This document shows positions 1 to 9,284 of a DNA stretch of 64,000 nucleotides, in pieces. A program made the translations under genes and the position numbers. Source of the stretch: Candidatus Latescibacterota bacterium. GTDB taxonomy: Bacteria; Latescibacterota; UBA2968. The stretch is from positions 3,488,001-3,552,000 of the forward strand of contig OZ242311.1 of NCBI GenBank assembly GCA_965207885.1, read 5' to 3'. Position 1 is the stretch's first letter; the number at the start of each line of letters is the position of its first letter. A model generated the notes under the pieces. The model did not search any database, was not told where the DNA came from, and saw only the letters and a list, made by a program, of their open reading frames with translations.

Positions 1-1
1 A

Positions 2-1819
2 GTGTGGCGAGGTCCGGCCTGGTCTCCAGAACAGGAACGGGCAAACCGCGAATGGGAAACCTTCTGGCGATTTTTCAAGTACCTGTATCCCCACAAGACG
101 AAAGTCATCCTCGGGATGCTATTCATCATGGTAGGCGTTCCGCTCCGTGAGATAGGCGTCTTTTTGAATCGATATCAGGTTGATGAAGTCATTCTGAACA
201 TCGACCTGCCAGTAGATCGCCGCTTGCAGCTTTTCTTTTTTGTCTTTGGTATCCAATTCCTGATGTGGATCATCTCGAATGTCTCTCAAATAACACGGCG
301 TATCCTCGGGTGGTATATCGACATGAAAGTCACCATCCACCTGCGCACGATCTTCTACGACCACCTCCACAAACTTTCCCTGGGCTTTCTTCAGAGTAGG
401 CCCATCGGCGAACACATGTATCGCAGTACTGCTGACGTCGGAGGTGGCCTGATCACCATGATCACCGACGATGTTCCCAATGCGATCACCATAGCCTACC
501 GGATTATCTGGACGGGCATCATCCTCAGTCTGGTCGATCCCTATCTCACAGTGCTGATTTTTCTCTACTCCTTTCCCTACACAGCCCTATCCCACTACTT
601 CTACACGCGCCTTCAGAGAGTCCGATGGGACATGAGAATGCAGGCACAGTACCTGAGGACGATCTTGAGAGACGGTATAGCCGCGACCAAGACCGTCAAA
701 GGTTTCGGCCGCATGCGCTGGTCTGCCCGCCGATATGCATCAACTTTTATCGAGAACCGCAGATATTGGATCAAGTACCGCGTTCTACATATCTTTACGC
801 ACCAGGGCGTTCTGTGGTTTCTCTCTGAAGGCGTTGAAAAAGTGTTGTGGCTCTACGTAGGTTACCACACCATGACCGGGGAGTTGAGCATCGGAGAATT
901 CAGTGTTGTGTTTTTCCTCGCCCGGCAATTTGAAGGCCCGATGGAGAGAATGATCAGGCTGATCCAGAGCATTCGCCTTCAACTCGTCCAGGCCGAACGC
1001 GTCCTGCAAACCCTTGACGTTCAACCCGAGATAAGCGATGCGCCCGATGCGAGCACCATACCGTCCCTCAGCGGCACAATCGAATTCAGAAACGTGGGAT
1101 TTGAATACGAATCGGGACAGCCTGTGCTGGAAAATATCAACATCACAATCCGTCCTGGAGAGCGCGTCGCATTCGTGGGACCGAGTGGATCGGGCAAGAC
1201 CTCAATGCTATACCTCATCTTGAGGCTTTACGATCCCACCACCGGATCGGTTCTGGTAGATGGACACGACCTGAAAGATGTCCGACTCTTGAGCTACCGC
1301 AATCAACTCGGCGTTGTGCTTCAAGACACCTTCCTATTTTCCGGAACTATCCGCGAGAATATCCGGTATGGAAATCTAAAGGCTTCGGACGCAGATGTGG
1401 AGGAAGCAGCCCGCATGGCCGCGCTTTACGATGCCGTCATCGCCCACCCGGAGGGATTTGAAAGAGATCTTGGAGAGGGAACGAGATTATCCGGCGGACA
1501 AAAGCAAAGAATAGGCATTGCCCGCGCCCTGATCAGAGACCCCGCGGTTTTCATTCTGGATGAAGCGACCTCGAATCTGGATTCTCGATCGGAAGAACAC
1601 GTCATGGACACGATCTGGAACGTATCGGAGGGGCGAACCACCGTGATGGTTTCTCACAGACTCATGACCGTTCAAAAAGCAGACCGAATCTACGTTTTGG
1701 ATCAGGGCAGAATCGTCGAAAATGGCACACACGACGACTTGCTATCAGCAAACGGTCTCTACCGCAGAATATGGGATGAGCAGATGCAGTTGGGCACAGA
1801 CGTCGATGCAGCCGATTGA
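2..1819 (+). CDS. ABC exporter, fused permease/ATP-binding protein (MsbA/ABCB-like); 5' end may extend beyond the window
   Basis: N-terminal TM domain; Walker A GPSGSGKT, signature LSGGQKQR, Walker B ILDEATSNLD, H-loop SHRL. Confidence 0.92.
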   Translation: MWRGPAWSPEQERANREWETFWRFFKYLYPHKTKVILGMLFIMVGVPLREIGVFLNRYQVDEVILNIDLPVDRRLQLFFFVFGIQFLMWIISNVSQITRRILGWYIDMKVTIHLRTIFYDHLHKLSLGFLQSRPIGEHMYRSTADVGGGLITMITDDVPNAITIAYRIIWTGIILSLVDPYLTVLIFLYSFPYTALSHYFYTRLQRVRWDMRMQAQYLRTILRDGIAATKTVKGFGRMRWSARRYASTFIENRRYWIKYRVLHIFTHQGVLWFLSEGVEKVLWLYVGYHTMTGELSIGEFSVVFFLARQFEGPMERMIRLIQSIRLQLVQAERVLQTLDVQPEISDAPDASTIPSLSGTIEFRNVGFEYESGQPVLENINITIRPGERVAFVGPSGSGKTSMLYLILRLYDPTTGSVLVDGHDLKDVRLLSYRNQLGVVLQDTFLFSGTIRENIRYGNLKASDADVEEAARMAALYDAVIAHPEGFERDLGEGTRLSGGQKQRIGIARALIRDPAVFILDEATSNLDSRSEEHVMDTIWNVSEGRTTVMVSHRLMTVQKADRIYVLDQGRIVENGTHDDLLSANGLYRRIWDEQMQLGTDVDAAD

Positions 1820-1823
1820 GACC

Positions 1824-4274
1824 CTATTCGTACTTAAGCGCCTCAATCGGATTGGTCTGCGCCGCTTTCCATGCCTGGTAACTCACAGTGATCAGGGCAA
1901 TGGCAATAGCCAGTACACTGCTCAATACAAATACCGAGATATCCAGACCGATGCGATAGGCAAAATCGGCTAACCAGTCATTGAGCATATAATAAGCCAG
2001 AGGCCATGCAATGAGGCTGGCAAACGCGACCAGCTTGACAAATTCGGCTGAAAACATCGTCACAATTTGTCCGCCAGACGCACCGAGCACCTTGCGCACA
2101 CCAATCTCTTTTGTGCGCCGTTGGGCAGAAATAGCGGCCAAACCGAACAGACCCAAACAGCACACCACGATCGCCAGCAATGAAGAAATGCCAGCAATTC
2201 TTCTCAGGCGAAGTTCATTCCGGTACGCAGATGCTAATCCATCGTCCATAAAAATGGGATTAAACGCTTCGTTGGGCACGAACTTATACCATTCCTCTTC
2301 CAAAAAATCCATCGTCTCTACAAACTGTCCGCCCTTTATTTTAAGCGTTAAATACGCATATAGCCTGGCCCACTGGACAAATGCGAGGGGCGCGATTTTT
2401 TCTTTTAAGGAATCAAAATGGTAATCCTTAAACACGCCCACAACAGTACCCGTGCCGCCGCCCCCATCCAGCTTCTGAATTTGTTTGCCGATGGGATTAT
2501 CCCAGCCAAATAATTTGGCTGCCGACTCATTGATCAGAAATTCGCGCGTCCATCCCCTGAGGGGATTGCCCTTGCCCGGGGTGAAGTTTTTGCCAGCAAC
2601 CAGCTCGATACCCATTGTTTTTACAAAGTCCTGATCGACCTCGTTGACCAGAATCCACCAGTCATCCCCCGGCAAATCCTCTGGGCGAATGGGCTTGCTC
2701 CGCGAGCCACCCCCGCTGGGGAAGGCGCGATACTGAGATGCCGTTGCCCCAACGACATTGGGATGCCTCAAAAACGACTGCTTCACAGTACTGTACCGCG
2801 ACGACAGGCGGTTGGCGTGAACAAAATGCGCCTCCCGGCTCGAAATAAAAATGGGCAACATGACCAGATGTTCTGTATCAACCCCCAGATCCCGATCCAG
2901 CATATAAGAGATCTGGTTGCGCACGACCAGCGTCCCTACGATCAAAAAAATCGAAATTGAAAATTGGAATATCACCAGACCCTTCCAGAACCACGAACCA
3001 CCCGACCTGGATTGAACCTGGCTCTTCAATGTATCAATCGGTTGCCAGGCAGACAAAACAAAGGCGGGATAACCTCCGGCGAGTATCCCGGATACCAGTA
3101 CCACGCCGACCAACGCCGGGATCAAAGTCATATATGCTCTGAGATCTAATACCAGGTTTTGCTGGATCAAATCATTAAACACGGGCAGTGCCGTATGCGC
3201 GACAATAAGTGCCAGCAACGACGCGAGACAGGCGACAATCAGGGACTCCCCCAGAAATTGCTGGATCAACTGACCGCGACTGGCACCGACCACTTTTCGC
3301 AAGCCCACCTCTCTTGCGCGCCGGACTGATTGGGCTGTCGCCAGATTCATAAAGTTCACGCAGGCAATGATCAGAATAAATGCGGCAATCACACACATCG
3401 TATAGAGTTGATCGATATCGCCGAAGCTCTGGATGTCGTAATCTGCGCGCGAATGCAAATAGACCCGATGCAGGGGTTGAAGATGATACGCATTGTATTT
3501 TTGGATTTCTGCGCCCATATAGCGCGTTATAAAATCCGGAAATTTTTGCTCCAGTGTTTTGGGAGAAACACCTTCTTGAAGCAAAATATAGGTTTGTACC
3601 GGTCGAAAACCCGCAGCCGGATCCCATCTGTGCAATTTGTTACTCCATTGGGCATTGGGGTCTCTCGATACGAACATATTAAATGGGATTGTCGTAGGCT
3701 CAAGGCGATCTTTCAACACACCCCGCACAATATAATCGCCGCCAAAAATCGAATTGACAACGGTAAGCACCCTGCCCATCGGGTTTTCCTCGCCGTAGAT
3801 AACATTCGCCATGCGCTCGGTAATCACAATACTCGTTGGATCTTCAAAAGCCGTCTGTGCGCTGCCCTGAACAAATTCGGCTTCAAACACGTCAAATACG
3901 TGTTTGTCAACGCGATTGAGCCGTGTGGGAAACAAAATATTCTCGCGTTCGACCTTCACATTCCAGGGCCATATTCGAACGGCTGACTCCACTTCGGGGA
4001 AATCGCGTTGCAACGCGGGGGCCAAAGATCCCGATGTGCCCCAGGAAAAATTGCGCGATCCGCCCTGGATATTTATTTCTCGCACAACCTTGTAAATGCG
4101 ATCTCCCTTTTCATATCTGTGATCGTATTGCAGTTCGCGTTGTAAAAACAACACGATTAAAAGGCAGCAGGACATGGCGATGCCCAAACCGAGGATATTG
4201 AGCGCGGAATACACTTTGTTCCGCATCAAATTCCTGATAGCAATTTTGGCGTAATTTCCGATCAGATTAAACAT
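1824..4274 (-). CDS. MacB/FtsX-type duplicated ABC transporter permease (816 aa)
   Basis: Starts NYAKIAIRNLMRNK; two REVGLRKVVGA / KEIGVRKVLGA motifs; ends NPIEALKYE; no ATPase domain. Confidence 0.92.
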   Translation of the reverse strand: MFNLIGNYAKIAIRNLMRNKVYSALNILGLGIAMSCCLLIVLFLQRELQYDHRYEKGDRIYKVVREINIQGGSRNFSWGTSGSLAPALQRDFPEVESAVRIWPWNVKVERENILFPTRLNRVDKHVFDVFEAEFVQGSAQTAFEDPTSIVITERMANVIYGEENPMGRVLTVVNSIFGGDYIVRGVLKDRLEPTTIPFNMFVSRDPNAQWSNKLHRWDPAAGFRPVQTYILLQEGVSPKTLEQKFPDFITRYMGAEIQKYNAYHLQPLHRVYLHSRADYDIQSFGDIDQLYTMCVIAAFILIIACVNFMNLATAQSVRRAREVGLRKVVGASRGQLIQQFLGESLIVACLASLLALIVAHTALPVFNDLIQQNLVLDLRAYMTLIPALVGVVLVSGILAGGYPAFVLSAWQPIDTLKSQVQSRSGGSWFWKGLVIFQFSISIFLIVGTLVVRNQISYMLDRDLGVDTEHLVMLPIFISSREAHFVHANRLSSRYSTVKQSFLRHPNVVGATASQYRAFPSGGGSRSKPIRPEDLPGDDWWILVNEVDQDFVKTMGIELVAGKNFTPGKGNPLRGWTREFLINESAAKLFGWDNPIGKQIQKLDGGGGTGTVVGVFKDYHFDSLKEKIAPLAFVQWARLYAYLTLKIKGGQFVETMDFLEEEWYKFVPNEAFNPIFMDDGLASAYRNELRLRRIAGISSLLAIVVCCLGLFGLAAISAQRRTKEIGVRKVLGASGGQIVTMFSAEFVKLVAFASLIAWPLAYYMLNDWLADFAYRIGLDISVFVLSSVLAIAIALITVSYQAWKAAQTNPIEALKYE

Positions 4275-4474
4275 GAAGCAGGCTCCTGCAGACGCAATAA
4301 ATGTGCCACAACATATAGACTACTGTATAAAAAAGTGGATTTTCTGCCAGACGCAATTGTTTTCTGTTCTCCCACAAACCCGAAAATCCAATTGACATTC
4401 AAACATATCTTCGCCTAATTGTGGTATCTTTGAGAGCAGTCCACGCGCGTATATTGAACAGGTAAGACCAGATA

Positions 4475-6271
4475 ATGTTCAACTATTTTCCTCCTCCCCG
4501 CAAGGGGGTAAAACAGTCGCTCATAAGAGTCTTTCTGCGTTTTCTCAGGCTGATGATCCCGGTCTGGGATAAGGCACTGCTCGTCGTAATGGGCACGATT
4601 GTCGTCAGCACGTTTCGGGTTGTGAATCCGTGGCTGAGCAAGTTCCTCATCGATGATGCATTTCCAAATCAAGATTGGAACCTGTTCTACAGTATCTTTG
4701 TCGCCTATGTCGTGCTTGTCCTGATTCAGAGATTGGTCGGTACCATGACGACCATACTCAATCACTACGTAGATCTACGCGTGAGCTTAGCCCTCAAAAC
4801 CCACTTCTTCACCCACCTCCAGCGTCTCTCCATGACCTTCTACGAGAGTCGTGGTATTGGCGAGCACATGTATCGCGCCAGCGCAGATACGGGGGCCGTA
4901 ATGCGCATGATTACGGACATATTGCCAGCGACATTGCGTGCGGTCTATGAGTTCATACTCATACTCATCTTCACCACCTGGTTGGACTGGCGAGTCTCGC
5001 TGGTCATTCTGATTTACTCGATTCCTTATGGAATGGTCGCCCAGAAGATCGCGACCATACAGCGCAGATTCGATCGCCGCGTAAGAGAGAGATGGCAGGC
5101 GCGCGACGCCGGGCTTCAAGAAGGCGTTGCCGGGGCAGCTGTCGTACAGACATTTGGTCGGCGTCGGCACGAAGTAAAGCGATATCTCAATCTCACCATC
5201 GAAGGATATCGCGCCGCGATGCGCCTGTTTTATATGCGTGTCATCGAAGGAGAACTCGCGCGCAATAACGGCCTGCTTCCCTATTTAAAAAATCGACTGA
5301 TAAGACTATACTTTCTCAGAGAAGTTATTTTAGGCAACCTCTCATATGGGTCTGTCTTCCCTATTTTTTCCTATACGAATCGCCTGTCCAATCCCATTCA
5401 AGTCCTGATTCGGTATTTTCAGCAAGTTCGCATTGCAATGGTTCCCGCCGAGCGCATTCTCGAAACACTGGATCAGGTTCCCGCTGTTACAGACCGTCCC
5501 AATGCACCGGCAATGCCACCTATCAGGGGCGATGTCGTCTTTGACGATGTCTCCTTTTCTTATGAGGATGGCACACCAGTCCTGCGCAACCTGAGCTTCA
5601 CCGTTCAGGCAGGTCAAAAAATCGCTCTGGTTGGACACAGTGGATCGGGCAAAACCACGGTCGCGAACCTGCTTCTCAGACTATACGATCCGGATTCGGG
5701 AAGGGTAATTGTAGATGGCCAGGACCTCAGAGAAGTAAAATCGAGCACCTATCAGGACCAGGTTGGTCTGGTTTTACAGGAAACGCATTTGTTCAACGGA
5801 ACAATCAAAGAAAATATCCTATTCGGTCAGCCCCATGCATCTGACGATGAAGTGGTCAGAGCCGCCCAACTGGCGGACATAGACGCATTTGCCTCATCCC
5901 AACGCAACGGATATGACACCGACCTTCGAGAAGGCACGCGAATCTCAGGAGGTCAGAAACAGCGGATCGGGATTGCCCGGGCCATGGTTCGCGATCCCAA
6001 AATTCTCATTTTGGACGAACCCACATCATCCCTGGACAGCGCCACAGAACAGCGATTTTTGCAAAGCCTGGACCGCGTGGCAGAAGGACGCACCACATTC
6101 ATAGTCTCTCACAGACTCACAACAGTGGCAAATGCCGACCTGATCATCGTTCTCGGCGACGGTCAGATCCTCGAACAAGGGACACACGCAGAACTGATTC
6201 GCAATGGAGGCGAGTACGCAGAGATGTACCGGCGATACCTCGGGCTGGATGATACCAGACAAGTTGGGTGA
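4475..6271 (+). CDS. ABC exporter, fused permease/ATP-binding protein, paralog of 2..1819
   Basis: GHSGSGKT, ISGGQKQR, ILDEPTSSLD, SHRL; shares the IGEHMYR motif with the first ABC gene. Confidence 0.92.
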   Translation: MFNYFPPPRKGVKQSLIRVFLRFLRLMIPVWDKALLVVMGTIVVSTFRVVNPWLSKFLIDDAFPNQDWNLFYSIFVAYVVLVLIQRLVGTMTTILNHYVDLRVSLALKTHFFTHLQRLSMTFYESRGIGEHMYRASADTGAVMRMITDILPATLRAVYEFILILIFTTWLDWRVSLVILIYSIPYGMVAQKIATIQRRFDRRVRERWQARDAGLQEGVAGAAVVQTFGRRRHEVKRYLNLTIEGYRAAMRLFYMRVIEGELARNNGLLPYLKNRLIRLYFLREVILGNLSYGSVFPIFSYTNRLSNPIQVLIRYFQQVRIAMVPAERILETLDQVPAVTDRPNAPAMPPIRGDVVFDDVSFSYEDGTPVLRNLSFTVQAGQKIALVGHSGSGKTTVANLLLRLYDPDSGRVIVDGQDLREVKSSTYQDQVGLVLQETHLFNGTIKENILFGQPHASDDEVVRAAQLADIDAFASSQRNGYDTDLREGTRISGGQKQRIGIARAMVRDPKILILDEPTSSLDSATEQRFLQSLDRVAEGRTTFIVSHRLTTVANADLIIVLGDGQILEQGTHAELIRNGGEYAEMYRRYLGLDDTRQVG

Positions 6272-6301
6272 CACAATCTCCTCATAATCACAGGTAAAAA
6301 A

Positions 6302-7630
6302 ATGCAAACGACAGAGAAACCGAAAACACAGAGCTTGAGAACCCGCAGGTTTATCGCCAGGTACGTCAAATATCTGGAAATATTCGGGTATGGCTTTGTT
6401 TTTGCGGTCGCCGCAGCCATCGCCTTTCTGTGGTTTACGAAGACAGAAGACCTCGTGTTATCTAATGCCGAACCGATCAAGCCGCACGAATATGTCCTAT
6501 CTTCTGATGAGGATGTCATAGTCATAGAAGCACTGGTAAAAAATAAAACTGACGTAACAATTGGTCAGCCACTATTTGAAATTTCCAGAGATAAATCCCA
6601 GGTCAACCGCTATCGCGCAAAACAAGTTGCAGAAGAACTGAGTGGTGAACTCGACAGTCTTGCAATATCATCTTCTCTAACTCTATCGGAACGGGAGCTT
6701 CAGGGCGTAATGAGAAGTGCGACGTCCGCCTGGGAACAAGAGCTATCCCAGCGCGAAACATTGACCGCTACGCACGCCGGCGTCATCCTCTTTGAGGAGG
6801 AAATCGTCGGAACGGTCGTACCGAAGGGAGACGAAATCGCGCGTATCCTGGATTTTGACGATCTGCGAATTTCCGCAGGTCTAAAAGGTGCCGCACAAAG
6901 GCTCGCACGCGTCGGTCAACCGGCTCAGATTGAATTGATTACAACTTATGGAGACGGCGAAATACTGAGAACAGACCTCGATTTGCCGGATTGGTGGAGC
7001 ACGGGATTTGCGCAATTCAACGATATCTCGGATGGTCAGGTCACCAAGCAATTGGAAGAGTATTTTTCGGGCAAACTCGTCGCCATAGAAGACGACACGG
7101 TATTCGCACTCGGCAAGGTGAAAAATATCGATCTCCACAGCACATTAAACGTGCAAAATGCCGGGCCACTCGATCCCGGAGAGAAGATCGAAGCCGAGCC
7201 ATTAAGCCGGATAGCGCTAACCGGCACAGTCATCGAAGGCACCCACACCGCGGAATTCAGGATTCACACTTTTCCCGATGAGATTCAACAGGAAATCCAG
7301 AATACGCTTCAAGACCGCATTTTGGAACGGCAATTCGACACGGGCGGTCAGCCCCTATCCGTAAATGAAATCACAGATCTGAGTATGATTATCGAGATGG
7401 ATGCCGATGAGCCAGAGAATAACGAGATGGTCCAGAACGGACAGATGGTCAATGCCGAAAATTCAAAGCGTTCTTTTAAGGGCGTGATCAGAATCGACGA
7501 TCCACATCCGCTGCTCAAGGCAAAAGTCCGGGAACTCGCATTGCTCAAAAAACCCATCTATATCAAGGCCATTGTGAAGGTCGTGGTGGGAGAAAGACGA
7601 ATCGCAATGCTGTTATTCCGGAAGAACTAA
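6302..7630 (+). CDS. HlyD-like membrane fusion (periplasmic adaptor) protein with a large insertion
   Basis: One N-terminal TM helix; split barrel-sandwich halves (LVKNKTDVTIGQPLFEI ... LTATHAGV...VPKGDEIARI) around a short helical hairpin; follows an ABC exporter. Confidence 0.65.
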   Translation: MQTTEKPKTQSLRTRRFIARYVKYLEIFGYGFVFAVAAAIAFLWFTKTEDLVLSNAEPIKPHEYVLSSDEDVIVIEALVKNKTDVTIGQPLFEISRDKSQVNRYRAKQVAEELSGELDSLAISSSLTLSERELQGVMRSATSAWEQELSQRETLTATHAGVILFEEEIVGTVVPKGDEIARILDFDDLRISAGLKGAAQRLARVGQPAQIELITTYGDGEILRTDLDLPDWWSTGFAQFNDISDGQVTKQLEEYFSGKLVAIEDDTVFALGKVKNIDLHSTLNVQNAGPLDPGEKIEAEPLSRIALTGTVIEGTHTAEFRIHTFPDEIQQEIQNTLQDRILERQFDTGGQPLSVNEITDLSMIIEMDADEPENNEMVQNGQMVNAENSKRSFKGVIRIDDPHPLLKAKVRELALLKKPIYIKAIVKVVVGERRIAMLLFRKN

Positions 7631-7644
7631 CGGGAAGAACCACA

Positions 7645-8463
7645 ATGAACGAAGTCGAACAATACGAATTTGACCGCCAGGGATATATCACAATCAAAAA
7701 CCTGCTCACGAATGCAGAAGTGCAAACCCTGCGCAAAGCCGTTGACAAATTGGAAGAACACGCCCTATCCAATGTCGCTCTACCGCCTCGAAAACACAGT
7801 GTCTGGGGAGCCGAATATCACGTCAATAAGGAGAAAGGCTACCACGTTCAGGGATCATGTGCCGAGGGGAAAACCCTGATCATAGAAGACTTTTGGAATG
7901 CAGATTCAACATTTGATCTCCTGGTAAACCACGAAAAAACATTGCCATACGTACAATCCGTCATCCGCGGCCGCTACACCATCAACAATTCAGAGATCCG
8001 CATTCGGCACAAAAACAATACATCGCGCAGCCACGGCGGCACGAGACCGGAAAATCAAAAATACCGCTATACCAGCGGTGATCGCATCGACTGCATGATG
8101 GTGCGCATGATTTACTTTATACACGATGTCACCAATGAACAAGGCGCGTTTTGCGTCGTCCCCGGCACGCACAAAAGCACCTTGCTCTGCCCTTACGACA
8201 ACGACCCTGATGTAGAACCGGGAATGATCGGATTGGAAGCCAAAGCGGGCGACGCGATCTTTTTTACAGAACACCTGCGGCACGGTGGCTTGACCAACCG
8301 CTCAGATCAAGTCCGCAAAACCATCCACGTAGGCTATGGTCCCTACTGGATGATGTCGCAAAATATCGCCACCATGGATGAACCCCAGCATATCACATCG
8401 CACACACTGGCGCGATACACAAAAGAACAGCGCAATTTGTTTCGACCGTGGCCCGAAAAATAG
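7645..8463 (+). CDS. Phytanoyl-CoA dioxygenase (PhyH) family Fe(II)/2OG enzyme, HxG variant
   Basis: YEFDRQGYITIKNLL, VVPGTHKS, GDAIFFTEHLRHG; first metal motif is H-G-G. Confidence 0.88.
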   Translation: MNEVEQYEFDRQGYITIKNLLTNAEVQTLRKAVDKLEEHALSNVALPPRKHSVWGAEYHVNKEKGYHVQGSCAEGKTLIIEDFWNADSTFDLLVNHEKTLPYVQSVIRGRYTINNSEIRIRHKNNTSRSHGGTRPENQKYRYTSGDRIDCMMVRMIYFIHDVTNEQGAFCVVPGTHKSTLLCPYDNDPDVEPGMIGLEAKAGDAIFFTEHLRHGGLTNRSDQVRKTIHVGYGPYWMMSQNIATMDEPQHITSHTLARYTKEQRNLFRPWPEK

Positions 8464-8477
8464 AGGAGTAAAAGCCA

Positions 8478-9269
8478 ATGTCTGAGAAAACAGCGCGTGA
8501 GCATTTGCCCATGTCGGATTACGAAAAATTCCTCTTCGACTTAAAAGGCTTTCTCGTCATCCCCAGTGTGCTCACCGACGAAGAAATCGCGATCGCACGC
8601 GACCATATCGAAACGTATATGAAAACGCCCGAAAGCCTTCCCGAACACCATCGCTCGCCCATTTCTGGTCCCACTGAATTTTTAATCGATCACCCGCGCG
8701 TCATGGGCATTCTGCAAGAAGTCATTGACCAGGATCGGGAGCGCATCCGACTGGAAAGCGTATTCATATCTGGCCGGTCCGCTGAGAAAATCGGCAACGA
8801 GTGGCGGCCACATGTGGGAGGAACAAATCTCCACCCTTCGTTTTCCTTTCGCTTCCACAACGGTCGCATCTACAGCGCAATGACGCGCATTGTCTGGGAG
8901 TTAAACGAGGTGAAAAAAGGCCAGGGCGGCACCTGCCTCGTGCCCGGCTCGCACAAAGCCAACCTCGCTTCCGCCCAGGACGGCACCTGGCCCGAAGAAG
9001 CCGATGATCCGAACTCGGGAGTTTGGGAAACCTATGGCTGCCCGCCGGGAAGCCTTGTCGTATTTTCAGAAGGCGTGCGGCACACGGGATCTACATGGAC
9101 CAATCCGGACAATCCGCGACGCGCCATCCTCATCGCGTACAATCACGTAACCGTGCGATTCCACGAACCCAAGCCCTGCATGAACCCGGTCGTGATCAAT
9201 CGCCTGGAAGAAAGCCGTCAGTCTTTCTTCCGCGATGTCTGGGTTTTAGCCAACAAGCGAAGGGGATAA
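8478..9269 (+). CDS. PhyH family Fe(II)/2OG enzyme, HxG variant
   Basis: FLFDLKGFLVIPSVL, LVPGSHKA, GSLVVFSEGVRHTG; first metal motif is H-V-G. Confidence 0.88.
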   Translation: MSEKTAREHLPMSDYEKFLFDLKGFLVIPSVLTDEEIAIARDHIETYMKTPESLPEHHRSPISGPTEFLIDHPRVMGILQEVIDQDRERIRLESVFISGRSAEKIGNEWRPHVGGTNLHPSFSFRFHNGRIYSAMTRIVWELNEVKKGQGGTCLVPGSHKANLASAQDGTWPEEADDPNSGVWETYGCPPGSLVVFSEGVRHTGSTWTNPDNPRRAILIAYNHVTVRFHEPKPCMNPVVINRLEESRQSFFRDVWVLANKRRG

Positions 9270-9284
9270 CAGGAGATACACCCA

